Virus record (IMG/VR): IMGVR_UViG_3300028608_000011
Coordinates: 1-64,000 of that record
Length of the DNA stretch: 64,000 nt
Strand: one strand, 5' to 3'
Source of the DNA: a virus
Shown here: positions 54,727-63,746 of the stretch, in pieces
Position numbering within the stretch: the first letter of the stretch is position 1
How the letters are laid out: the number at the start of each line of letters is the position of its first letter
Program-made: the position numbers and the translations under genes
The notes under the pieces: model-generated
What the model was told of the DNA's origin: nothing
The model's input: only the letters and a program-made list of their open reading frames with translations
The model's database searches: none

Positions 54727-54950
54727 CAGTAGATCCTCTGTGACCTGCTTCGAAGGATTTTTTCGTGGTCGTCGCGACAGTCCGAATCACAGAAGCGCTG
54801 AGGCTCCGGGAGCGGCTCGTCGCAGTTGTAGCAGCTGCCTTTATAAGCCAGTGTCGCCACCGGCTTACGGGCCAAGCGCAGCTGCTCCTGCAGAATGTTC
54901 TCCTGCTCAACCCCTGCTCTATCAACCGGGTCTGCGTAATTCTCGGTCAT
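54726..54950 (-). CDS. TraR/DksA-like C4 zinc-finger protein
   Basis: ADPVDRA (DxxDxA) coiled-coil tip followed by CYNC...CDSDC. Confidence 0.75.
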   Translation of the reverse strand: MTENYADPVDRAGVEQENILQEQLRLARKPVATLAYKGSCYNCDEPLPEPQRFCDSDCRDDHEKILRSRSQRIY

Positions 54951-57835
54951 TCCTCAGCCTCCGTGTCCTTGATGAAGTTGTTCAACAGCGTCCCTTTTTC
55001 GGTGAGCTTCTGCACACTGATCACGTAGACGTCGATTTCTGGGTTGTGTGGGTGGGGTTCGATGCGCAGGAAGTAAACTTCGCCCTCGATCAACTCGGCG
55101 AGCTGATTGAAGTTTCGGATTACCGCCAGCTCGCCGACGTTTTTGGTGTGGGCTTGATAACGCGGCAGGCAGGATTGCAGCACCAGGTACAGCGAATCGC
55201 CTTGGCGCCAGTAATGCTTGCCTGCCACCAGACGCAGCCGCTCATCGAACGTAGCGTCAGCCAGGGTGTTCATCGTGCTCAGGACGCGGTCAACTTCCGA
55301 GGAAGACTTGCCGCGCTCGACCTCGGTGACTCGGCCGCCGTAGTAGGTGATCAACTCACTTTCCAGCATGCGGACGCTTTCCACGCCGTCGACCTTGAAC
55401 TCTTCCATGGTGTGGATGAGCATGTGCAGTCCAGTCAGGCAGCACATCATTCCCCAGCGCGGCCGCTCCTCGACGCCCTTGTGGATCATGCTCGACTTGC
55501 TGTGCAGGATCTTCAGCAGCGCGCTCGGCGACGTGCCCAGTGCCACAGTGACCAATGCCCGAGCCATCCTCAGCAGAGCTGACCGGTTCTTCACCGCGAT
55601 GCGGTAATTGTCCCGGTAGGTTTGGTTCTGCAGCGCCTTGGCCTGAAGCCGGACTTCTACCGAACGGCTGCGCAGCGCTGGCACCGATGCCGACTGCTCA
55701 CTGGTGTACACCAGCGGCGCCGATACCCGATCTTCGGTCACAGTCAGCTCGCGCTGGCTGTTGATGTTGCCCCGTTGGATCGGCGCGTGGCTCCAAGCTG
55801 CCTTCAGGATGCCGACGATCTGGCCGTAGCGAGTGTTGCCCAGTTGCACCGGGTTCACCTCTTCGATCAGCCGTGGCACCGTCGTGCTGCTGCTCACATA
55901 GCGGGTCAGCGGGAACAGCGTGCCGACCTCCACGTTCTGCAGCTCAGCCTTGTTGTAGTCGATCCCGTTGATCATCGCCATCAGCGTGGCCAGGCAGGAT
56001 TTGCCCGCCCCGGCGTTGCCGAAGATGTTGAGCAGCGGGAATTGAGGCTCTTCGAACTGGATGTGCTGGCGGAAGTGGCACGAGACAAACCACCCCAGCA
56101 TCTGCGCGACCTGAACCGGTTCGTTCACTTCGCACAGGGCGCGGATGGCCTCGGCCAGCTGCTCATCATCCTCCAGCGGATTGCTGCCGCCGATCAATGC
56201 GGGGGACTGCCGAGCATTGCCGTCGAAGCGGAAAGGGCTGCGCCCACCAAGACCGGTGATGGCTGCCCCAGCTTCAACATAGTGCGCGACCGTGCCCCGC
56301 TCGCTGCGATCTAAAACGATCCCGCAGACGTTCGCACGAATCATCTTGTCCAACTCTTTATCCTCAGCCTTTTCCCTGGAAAATTTCAGCAGGGCCACCA
56401 GCATCTTCTGGATTTCTCCGTCGCCGGCGTACACCGCCGCGTCCCGGCCTTTCACCGCCGAGATCAGGTCACGCTTGGAACTCCACGAACGCTCGGACAA
56501 GGCGATCTCGCTGACCGTCTCGCTGCCCGACACCTTGAGGGTGCCGACCAGTTCCTTGCGCTCACTGTTACGCCAGCTGGTATGGCCACTGGCGTTGGTG
56601 TAGGACTCCAGCTCAAACACTTCCAGCGTGGGCCAGAACGTGAAGTTGGTCAGCTGCCGGCTGTTCTCCTCGCCGACCAGGTGATAGCCGCTCTCGTCAT
56701 AGCGGATCCGCACCTCGGAGTTGTAGTTGCCCACGTTCTCCTGAGTGGTTTCGCCACTGGCAACGTCAGATCGGCAGATCGGGCACTGGCGGCAGGGGGT
56801 GCCGATGGTGGCGATCAGCGCGCCGGGAGCGAACTTGATGGAGCCGTTGAAGGTTCGGTGCAGCTGCCCTTGGACATGCTTGAGTCGCTCGACTTCAGAA
56901 GGCCGGCTGCTCGATTCGACATTCTTCACGAATGGCCGAACCAGCGTCTCCATGTACTCCTTCTCTTCCGACTTCTCGTAGCGGGCAGCGATGTACGCTG
57001 CCAGCTGCATGGCCGCTTGGTTCCAGTTTGAGTTGCCTGAATCACCATCGGTGATCAGCTTCTGGATGCAGCCCGGAATACCTTCCCACTCCCGCATCGC
57101 TTCTTTCGGCACGACACAGGCCGCGCTCATGGCCTTCACTTTGCGGGACGCCGCAACGCGGGCAGCCTTCAGCAACTGCTCGGCTTTCGCGTAAGTGACG
57201 TTCTTGCCTGGCTGTGGAGTTGCCAGCGCCGGCCGAGGGGAAGCCACGATGGCGTGGTACTCCTCGCTGTTCATATCGGCCAGCTCGTTCGGCGTGGTGC
57301 CAACCTTGTAGGTGCCGCTGCCCGGGCGAGGAACACCCTCACAACGCCACATCCGGCCACGGCCGCAGGAGTACACCGATTCATCCAGGCTGCACGGCGA
57401 TTGAAGGCCAGCACCTTTGAGGATGGTCAGCATGATCTCGCGGTAGATCATCGGCAGGAACTTTGTAGGCTTCTTGACGCCAAACACCTGAGCCGGGATG
57501 GTGATGTGCACACCCTTGCCGCCGGACAGCCAGCAGTGGATGAACTCAGACGGGATGTCCAGCTTGTTCATCAGGTAGTCAATCACAGCGTTGACGTCAG
57601 CGAGCACCTGATCAATGTCATCGGCGTCGTCGAAGTCCAGGTACATCGGGCCCATGTACAAAACGGTCTCTACAGCGTTGAGACCGTTTTCAGTAACGTC
57701 TTCCGGGTTTTGATCGACCATCAGGACAGTTTTGAACGCAGGCGGGCCTGGAAGCTCAGCTCTCTCAAGCTGCTCTTCTGTGTAAAGCCGCCATGGTTCC
57801 TTCTTGTCCGGTTTGAACTGAAGGAAATAATACAT
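54947..57835 (-). CDS. primase-helicase (AEP-type primase fused to a P-loop helicase)
   Basis: YLDFD and SGGKGVH primase motifs; CxxCxxC; GNAGAGKS Walker A. Confidence 0.85.
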   Translation of the reverse strand: MYYFLQFKPDKKEPWRLYTEEQLERAELPGPPAFKTVLMVDQNPEDVTENGLNAVETVLYMGPMYLDFDDADDIDQVLADVNAVIDYLMNKLDIPSEFIHCWLSGGKGVHITIPAQVFGVKKPTKFLPMIYREIMLTILKGAGLQSPCSLDESVYSCGRGRMWRCEGVPRPGSGTYKVGTTPNELADMNSEEYHAIVASPRPALATPQPGKNVTYAKAEQLLKAARVAASRKVKAMSAACVVPKEAMREWEGIPGCIQKLITDGDSGNSNWNQAAMQLAAYIAARYEKSEEKEYMETLVRPFVKNVESSSRPSEVERLKHVQGQLHRTFNGSIKFAPGALIATIGTPCRQCPICRSDVASGETTQENVGNYNSEVRIRYDESGYHLVGEENSRQLTNFTFWPTLEVFELESYTNASGHTSWRNSERKELVGTLKVSGSETVSEIALSERSWSSKRDLISAVKGRDAAVYAGDGEIQKMLVALLKFSREKAEDKELDKMIRANVCGIVLDRSERGTVAHYVEAGAAITGLGGRSPFRFDGNARQSPALIGGSNPLEDDEQLAEAIRALCEVNEPVQVAQMLGWFVSCHFRQHIQFEEPQFPLLNIFGNAGAGKSCLATLMAMINGIDYNKAELQNVEVGTLFPLTRYVSSSTTVPRLIEEVNPVQLGNTRYGQIVGILKAAWSHAPIQRGNINSQRELTVTEDRVSAPLVYTSEQSASVPALRSRSVEVRLQAKALQNQTYRDNYRIAVKNRSALLRMARALVTVALGTSPSALLKILHSKSSMIHKGVEERPRWGMMCCLTGLHMLIHTMEEFKVDGVESVRMLESELITYYGGRVTEVERGKSSSEVDRVLSTMNTLADATFDERLRLVAGKHYWRQGDSLYLVLQSCLPRYQAHTKNVGELAVIRNFNQLAELIEGEVYFLRIEPHPHNPEIDVYVISVQKLTEKGTLLNNFIKDTEAEE

Positions 57836-57839
57836 GGCG

Positions 57840-58085
57840 TCAATCCTTGTTCATCGGGGCCTGTGACTCACGCTTGACGATGGTTTTGCCATCGCGATTG
57901 AATGCCAGAAAGTCGACCTCACGGCGAATGCCGCGGCGCTCGACCGCTTCTTTGAACAGGGTGATGTTGTAGACCTGATCCATCTCGACCGCGCCACCGA
58001 TCTCCAGACGGTTGTAATAATCAGCCAGCTTGTTGTAGTCGATAGGCGTGTTAGGGGTACGCTCTTCGTGTTCCACGACTTTCAT
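57840..58085 (-). CDS. hypothetical protein (81 aa)
   Basis: SD AGGAG; clean ORF. Confidence 0.7.
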   Translation of the reverse strand: MKVVEHEERTPNTPIDYNKLADYYNRLEIGGAVEMDQVYNITLFKEAVERRGIRREVDFLAFNRDGKTIVKRESQAPMNKD

Positions 58086-58109
58086 GTAAGGCTCCTGTGT
58101 CCGGGCCGC

Positions 58110-59438
58110 CTACGCGGTGAACCCGAACTTGTTGATGATCAATTCCTCTTGTGGCCGACTGAACGCCACGTACAAAAGCCGCTGCCGTTCACTGCGGACT
58201 GGGTTGTCCAGCAGATCCTTGACATCGACCATGACACGCTTGAAGGTGCTGCCCTGGCTGCGGTGGACGGTGATGCAGTAGCAGTATTTCAGATCCGCAA
58301 ACAGGTCTTTGAACTGGTGAAGCGTCTTCCAATGATAGCCTGCGTTTCCGCCGCTCTTGCTGGCCTTCTTGGCTTTTTCAGCCAGCTCATTGGTGTAGCG
58401 CTGGTAACGCTCGTATTCGTCCTCGTGAAGGACATGAGCGAAGACCTGGCGTGCATCAGCATACACAGGATTCAGGGTTACCAGCCACGTCTTCCACTTC
58501 TCGCTGGTCTGCTCATCGAACATGGTGCTCTCGCGCACCGAGGCGACCAGCGACTCTTCGTCAGTGGACAGCTCGACTTCGCCGCCCTTGGTGATCGGGC
58601 TGCCGGTTACCAGCCGCTCGCCGATCTCAAATCGCGCGGCCTTATCGCCGTAAATCTTGGCGCGAATGGCCTTGTTGATGTCGTCAACGCGGTAGTTACG
58701 CCAGGCCAGCACCCGGACATCTTCCAGATCGGTGTTCAGGTCGAACTCGGCGACCACCGCCTGCAGGAAGTCGGCAGCCTTGAGCACACGCACGTTGTGA
58801 TCCGGGATCACGTCGAACTTGAACGCGCGGTTTTCCTTGATCGCCTCGCGCAGCGGGTGGGTCAGCTGCAGGATCCCGTTGGCGGTGCCGTCAGGGTTGT
58901 TCTTCTGGCGCTCAACTTGGGTCAGCTCGCTGGTAGGGTAAAGCCCGAAAGCCTTGGAGTCCTTCTCCTTGACCGGAGGCAGCTGCATGTTGTCGCCCAT
59001 CAGCAGGCAGAACACGCCGCAGTTTTCCAGCTCTGGCACCATGTAATCGAACAGGAAGGTCTCGCCGAGCATCGACGCTTCGTCGCAGACCACCATGTTG
59101 TAATCGCCGATGACGCTGTCACGCACCTGAGCGGCGTACTTGCGTTCATCGGTCGGCATCAGCGACAAGCCCAGCGCGCTGTGCGCGGTCTTGAAGCCGA
59201 TCTTGTCCATCGGTAGGCCGTACTTGCGGGCTGCTTTCTCAAGCTGCTTCACCGCCTTGTTGGTCGGCGCTACGAAAAGAATCTTCAGTCCCCCGTCGAG
59301 GAGGATCACTGCGACTTCCATCACAGAAAACGTCTTGCCGGTGCCGCCTTCGCCGATGATGGTGTAGCCCTTGCCGCCATTCTCATAAGCGTCAAGAGCT
59401 TTGTTTACGGCAATGGCTTGGCCACTGTTCAGCTGCAT
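58110..59438 (-). CDS. Dda/RecD-like SF1B helicase
   Basis: GEGGTGKT, APTNKA, DEASM, GD..QLPPV, TVHRSQGSTF, LYVAFSR. Confidence 0.92.
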   Translation of the reverse strand: MQLNSGQAIAVNKALDAYENGGKGYTIIGEGGTGKTFSVMEVAVILLDGGLKILFVAPTNKAVKQLEKAARKYGLPMDKIGFKTAHSALGLSLMPTDERKYAAQVRDSVIGDYNMVVCDEASMLGETFLFDYMVPELENCGVFCLLMGDNMQLPPVKEKDSKAFGLYPTSELTQVERQKNNPDGTANGILQLTHPLREAIKENRAFKFDVIPDHNVRVLKAADFLQAVVAEFDLNTDLEDVRVLAWRNYRVDDINKAIRAKIYGDKAARFEIGERLVTGSPITKGGEVELSTDEESLVASVRESTMFDEQTSEKWKTWLVTLNPVYADARQVFAHVLHEDEYERYQRYTNELAEKAKKASKSGGNAGYHWKTLHQFKDLFADLKYCYCITVHRSQGSTFKRVMVDVKDLLDNPVRSERQRLLYVAFSRPQEELIINKFGFTA

Positions 59439-59478
59439 GGGTTATCCCCTTATAAATTTATACACTTATAGGGTGGGC

Positions 59479-59507
59479 ACGATAATGAACCGTGCCCTCC
59501 CGGTCAA
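59479..59507 (-). promoter_or_regulatory. sigma70 promoter for the replication operon
   Basis: TTGACC-17-TATCGT on the - strand followed by an AT-rich leader. Confidence 0.6.
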
Positions 59508-59830
59508 GCGTTCTTTTTGAAGATGCTCACCACGTTGGGTGAATCCGGTAACGCCTGCTTGATGATCGGCCGTGAAGTGCCGAGGGGATGGAACAGGTAG
59601 ATCACCTGCTCCAGGCTGTCAGCCAGACTAAGGCCTTCGCTGTAGCCCTGGATGAACGCGACATACGCCGGCCGGAGCTGCTCAGCGCTGAAAGAGTTGA
59701 TGCCCTGCTCCGTGAGGCTGTACTTCAGCCCCTCGAAGAATTTATCAATCCAGCGCGTCTGCTGCTCCGTTGTGCCTATGTCGCCGAGCCCCTTGCCGAT
59801 CATCAACAGCTCAGTCTTCAGTTGTTCCAC
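59504..59830 (-). CDS. hypothetical protein
   Basis: SD AAGGAG before GTG. Confidence 0.65.
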   Translation of the reverse strand: MEQLKTELLMIGKGLGDIGTTEQQTRWIDKFFEGLKYSLTEQGINSFSAEQLRPAYVAFIQGYSEGLSLADSLEQVIYLFHPLGTSRPIIKQALPDSPNVVSIFKKNA

Positions 59831-59867
59831 GCCTTCTCCTTCCTGGCCTGTGGCCAAGTGTTTCTGG

Positions 59868-60677
59868 TTAGTCAGGGATGCCTGTCAGCAGTAGGGCACT
59901 GGCACGCTGCACCAGCTTTGGATCCGCCAGCTGCTTGACGTTGGGCTTGCGCTCGAGGAACTCAGCCGGCAGGTATTGCACCGCGTCAGGGAACTGGGCT
60001 TCCAGGTGCTTCAGGGTGCGAATCGGTGCGAGGATCTTGGTCAGGTCTTCGTACAGTTCGCCGGCAGCGGTGATCACCGCGAAGTACGCCTGCATCAGCC
60101 GGTCTGCCTGAACGCTAAGGGAATAGGCTTCAACGGAGTAGGGCAGGCGGTACTGATCGTCCTTCTTCACCTCGACTTCTGGGTGAAATATTTTGCCCAG
60201 GCCCGGGATGCTGGGGAGATCCGCGTGGCTGCACTTCCAGCTGTAGTGGAAGTCGTAGCTACCGGTGTACTTGTTTGTGAAGTTGAGGAAGCTGCTCCAC
60301 TCCTGCTCCACGGCTTCACGCACCAGCTGCCATTTCTGCATATCTTTTTCGCGTATTTTGCAGACTCCCCGGCCTTCGTAACTGAGGCCGACCTTGCCCA
60401 CCGCCGTGCTCTCGGTGGTGTTGAACTTGTCGTTCGGCTTGACCGTTATGACGTCGATGTTGCCCTTCAGGCTGCTGAAGATGCCGTCCTGAATCAACGG
60501 GGCCCAGCGGCTCTGTGGCACCTCGGGGATCTTCAGCGAGATCTGCTTGGCGAACAGCTGGCGCCAGAGTTTGTCCAGCGCTCGAGCGGCCTTGGTGGTG
60601 CTGGCTGCCTGGCGCTTGGAGGCTTGACGCAGCAATGACACGATCAGGTCGCGTTTGACTTCGTTGGTGATGTTCAT
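59868..60677 (-). CDS. Nmad5-like protein (nucleotide-modification-associated domain 5)
   Basis: MNITNEVKRDL N-terminus and RTLKHLEAQFPDAVQYLP C-terminal motif. Confidence 0.6.
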   Translation of the reverse strand: MNITNEVKRDLIVSLLRQASKRQAASTTKAARALDKLWRQLFAKQISLKIPEVPQSRWAPLIQDGIFSSLKGNIDVITVKPNDKFNTTESTAVGKVGLSYEGRGVCKIREKDMQKWQLVREAVEQEWSSFLNFTNKYTGSYDFHYSWKCSHADLPSIPGLGKIFHPEVEVKKDDQYRLPYSVEAYSLSVQADRLMQAYFAVITAAGELYEDLTKILAPIRTLKHLEAQFPDAVQYLPAEFLERKPNVKQLADPKLVQRASALLLTGIPD

Positions 60678-61039
60678 GCTTTACCGCCGTAAATGTTGTT
60701 GAAGTGTTTGAGGATGAGCGGGTACAGCGCTCCGGGTTCTTCGATCTCCAGATCCTTGCGAATCTGTTCGCACTCGGCCTCTGTCCAGATGGCCATGAGT
60801 GCGGCCTCGCTCGGCACCTCCCACATGGCGCCGGGCGTGTAGAGCATCGTGAAGTTCAACGTCTTCCCTACGTTGCTGCGCTGTCGCTTGCAGACCTTGC
60901 TGTAGGGTAGGCCGAGGATCACAGCCGCCGTGATGGTGTGGATGTCCAGCAGCTTTGACGATTTGTACAGCTCCCCGGAGCTGGCCAGCCGCCGCTCGAT
61001 AGCGGCGTAATCGACTTCGTGTTGGATCGGCTTGATCAT
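60674..61039 (-). CDS. stand-alone family A polymerase fragment (motif A plus fingers/O-helix), 121 aa
   Basis: DYAAIERRL, DIHTITAAVILG, R....KTLNFTMLY; no motif C; ATGA-coupled to both neighbours. Confidence 0.75.
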   Translation of the reverse strand: MIKPIQHEVDYAAIERRLASSGELYKSSKLLDIHTITAAVILGLPYSKVCKRQRSNVGKTLNFTMLYTPGAMWEVPSEAALMAIWTEAECEQIRKDLEIEEPGALYPLILKHFNNIYGGKA

Positions 61040-61467
61040 TTATGGGCCTCGGGGTCTTTGATGTGCTTGTCGAACAATTTCTTGTGACGACGAGCAAAGC
61101 GGGCGGTGTGGGCGATGGCATACAACAGGGCCAGCGACAGCACGATAGGGTAAAAATTTACGGTGACGCAGATAGCCATCGGAATAGCCCCGACAACTAC
61201 ACACGATCGCGCAAGCAGGTCGGCGCCGCGAATATCCTCCTTGCCTTCCTTCTGGAATCGCTCGTAGGAGTCGCTGTACTCGTAGCCGCACAGCGTGCCG
61301 ATCAACGTCATCATCGGCCATGGGCCTTCAGGCTTGCGGTCATCTACCCATAACAGCGCGGTTTTCACCGCCTCTGTGGCTGCCGAGAGGGTGAAGAACA
61401 GCGCGGCCATTGCCACGCCCATCAGGATCATGGCGAGGAACATTCTTTCCGGTGGTAGATCAGTCAC
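61036..61467 (-). CDS. hypothetical membrane protein
   Basis: SD AAGGAG then GTG; three hydrophobic segments, basic C-terminus. Confidence 0.7.
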   Translation of the reverse strand: MTDLPPERMFLAMILMGVAMAALFFTLSAATEAVKTALLWVDDRKPEGPWPMMTLIGTLCGYEYSDSYERFQKEGKEDIRGADLLARSCVVVGAIPMAICVTVNFYPIVLSLALLYAIAHTARFARRHKKLFDKHIKDPEAHK

Positions 61468-61886
61468 TTTAGGTACTCCTTTCTGATTCGCCGAAGCGAG
61501 GTTGCATGGCTCAAGCCCTTCCAGGCGTAGAGCCTGGCCGAGCCGTCTGCCAAGAAGTGGATCTGCTCCGTCCAGCTGTAGGTGTAGGCACCTGACAGGC
61601 TCAGCGACTGGTCGGCACGTTTGGCCAGCGCCAGACGAGTTTCTTCGCCGGTGCCGGCCGCAAACAGTTCGAATATTCCGCGCTGCGCCGCGGGGGTCAG
61701 CATCACGGAGCAAAAGCGCGGGTCTTTGGCAAATTCAAGCAGCTGGTCGTAGGGGATGAACTTCTCCTTTTCCCAGCGCTTTATGAATTTTTCCAATGCC
61801 TTGCGTGAACTTCTTGTAGCTGTTTCAAGCAGCGACTGGCCCGGACGTGCCGGCCAGGTAGGCTGCAATATCGTGTTGACGTCCAC
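61464..61886 (-). CDS. hypothetical protein
   Basis: SD GAGGAG before GTG; start uncertain. Confidence 0.55.
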   Translation of the reverse strand: MDVNTILQPTWPARPGQSLLETATRSSRKALEKFIKRWEKEKFIPYDQLLEFAKDPRFCSVMLTPAAQRGIFELFAAGTGEETRLALAKRADQSLSLSGAYTYSWTEQIHFLADGSARLYAWKGLSHATSLRRIRKEYLK

Positions 61887-62415
61887 GCTCTTGCTCCTCG
61901 GTGCGGTTCGGTACGAAGACCCAGGCCTGCACAAAGCAGCCCTGTTCGATCGGCATGACTTCAGGGTTGGCGTCCAGCACCACGATGTCGGAAGCCGCTT
62001 TGGCAATTTCCTTGGCCCGCTCCCTCGCATCCGCCATCTTCAGCCGGTTGCGCATCACTTCAGCGTTGACCTTGAGCAGTTTGCTGAGAGGGTATTGCTG
62101 GCCGATGACCAGCAGCAGTTCAAGATCTTGCTCGCTCAAGCCCTCCATCGGCTTGGTGCCCTTCTCGAAGAAGCGGATCAGCTCGGCCCGCCAGTATTTA
62201 GGCGACAGCTGCATGCACTTCATCAGCACCAGACACTGCTCCACTGACAGCTCGCCGTGCTTCGTCAACGGGACGACTCGAAAACCGGCGTCCTTGTCGG
62301 TGTTTACGCGCAGCTCTGCGTAGAGCTGCGCCTCTTCCTCGGAGCTGAACTTGCCGCCCGGAGACCAGTAGCCTTTACGGCGCCACTGGATTTGATGGGT
62401 GAAAGCACAGCTCAT
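61825..62415 (-). CDS. hypothetical protein (196 aa)
   Basis: ATGA overlap; phage codon usage. Confidence 0.7.
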   Translation of the reverse strand: MSCAFTHQIQWRRKGYWSPGGKFSSEEEAQLYAELRVNTDKDAGFRVVPLTKHGELSVEQCLVLMKCMQLSPKYWRAELIRFFEKGTKPMEGLSEQDLELLLVIGQQYPLSKLLKVNAEVMRNRLKMADARERAKEIAKAASDIVVLDANPEVMPIEQGCFVQAWVFVPNRTEEQERGRQHDIAAYLAGTSGPVAA

Positions 62416-62810
62416 GGTTCAACCCCAAATATCGCTTCCAGATTGTCCAGCAGTGGATAAATATCCACTCCACCGAGGAACGCCGCATCCGCTCCGACGT
62501 TTTTCACTTTCTGCAGGGCAAACAGCAGGCTGCGAAGCGGTGCTTCATGTTCCTTGCCTATACCCTTCGGCGTTTTGGAATCGAGCAGCGCTTGAGCCTT
62601 GGCACGGTCGAGCCAGACGATGAAAGCCATCTTCTGCATCTTCATCTGGCCTAGCAGCGCGCCCATGTCATCGAGCTTTTCTTCCGTGACGAAGGTCACG
62701 TCTGCATTCGCCCCCTTGTTGCGGCTCTGGTACTTGAGCATGCACTGATCAAGTGCCTGAATGCCGCTGTCATGATCCATCAGCACCATGTTTTGAATTG
62801 ATACACCCAT
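62412..62810 (-). CDS. hypothetical protein (132 aa)
   Basis: SD GAGGTG; clean ORF. Confidence 0.7.
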   Translation of the reverse strand: MGVSIQNMVLMDHDSGIQALDQCMLKYQSRNKGANADVTFVTEEKLDDMGALLGQMKMQKMAFIVWLDRAKAQALLDSKTPKGIGKEHEAPLRSLLFALQKVKNVGADAAFLGGVDIYPLLDNLEAIFGVEP

Positions 62811-62818
62811 GATTCACC

Positions 62819-63298
62819 TCAGATAACGAGAGCAGGTTGAGCGGTGGTTTCATCGAAGCCGGCGTTGAGGGCCAGCACCAGGTCAATGGCACGTTCGCAG
62901 GCGTCTTCGTCGGTCAAGGGCTCGGCCGATTCGATGACGACGTAGTGGTTCAAGCTGTGGTATCCCTCGCGCGGCGGCCGCGGGTTCAGGAACTTCACCA
63001 CCTTGGTCACCACGGGTTCTTCGAAGTCCCAGCAGACGATCTTGTGGAAATGGCCACCGTAGTGGTGGTTGTCGGCGTGCAGCTTGTAATCAGCTGGGTT
63101 GAAGTCCGGCATCTCTACCTGCCGCCAGTCCTCGCCGGTTTCATCCGACGGGTGAGCGTGGGCCAGGTGAGGCTTACCGTCGGTGTAATGCACGCCTTCG
63201 TTCATCCACACCGTGCGGTAGTCAACGCCCTTGGGGGTGCCGCGGTAAACATGCAGGTGCTCGGCAACGAGCGCTTTGATCTGGTCAATCTGCAGCAT
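62819..63298 (-). CDS. hypothetical protein (His-rich)
   Basis: SD GGAG; start MLQIDQ. Confidence 0.7.
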   Translation of the reverse strand: MLQIDQIKALVAEHLHVYRGTPKGVDYRTVWMNEGVHYTDGKPHLAHAHPSDETGEDWRQVEMPDFNPADYKLHADNHHYGGHFHKIVCWDFEEPVVTKVVKFLNPRPPREGYHSLNHYVVIESAEPLTDEDACERAIDLVLALNAGFDETTAQPALVI

Positions 63299-63746
63299 TT
63301 TCGGAACTCCGCAGGTCAACAATCAGTTGGTCGATGGGGTTGCGTGGCTCGCTGTCGGCTGTGGGCAGCCCGCGGGTCACCTGTATCTCACGGATCAGGT
63401 GAGGCTGTTCTGGTGTGGACAAGGCCTTGAGCAACTTGTCCAGCGCGCTGCGATCGACCACACAAGTGGTCTGGAAGTAGCCATACTTGCGGAGAGCGTG
63501 GAACAGAGCCAAGACATCTGCATCACTAAGCGGCTCATTCTCGGCCTCTACGCACTTCAGCAGCTCCCGCATCAGGGCATTTGCCGTGGTTTTCCCAAGG
63601 TCTACAGCCTGGTGCTGGCCCTCATGGATCCGTCGCTCCTGCAGTTCATCGCACAGCAGGATTACGTCGCCGAAGCCATACGTTTGGTCGTTGTCTTCGG
63701 CAGCCGCGCGGATCGCGGCGATGTGTTTGTCACTCAGTCGTGGCAT
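63285..63746 (-). CDS. hypothetical protein (153 aa)
   Basis: SD GGAG; clean ORF. Confidence 0.7.
   Translation of the reverse strand: MPRLSDKHIAAIRAAAEDNDQTYGFGDVILLCDELQERRIHEGQHQAVDLGKTTANALMRELLKCVEAENEPLSDADVLALFHALRKYGYFQTTCVVDRSALDKLLKALSTPEQPHLIREIQVTRGLPTADSEPRNPIDQLIVDLRSSENAAD

Noticed and set aside
39527-60677. DNA base hypermodification pathway (ThyX, dNMP kinase, two MazG-like genes, Nmad5-like gene)
   Set aside because: No hydroxymethylase, PurZ, queuosine-pathway, glycosyltransferase or DNA kinase gene is recognisable in this window; the set is compatible with ordinary dTTP supply.
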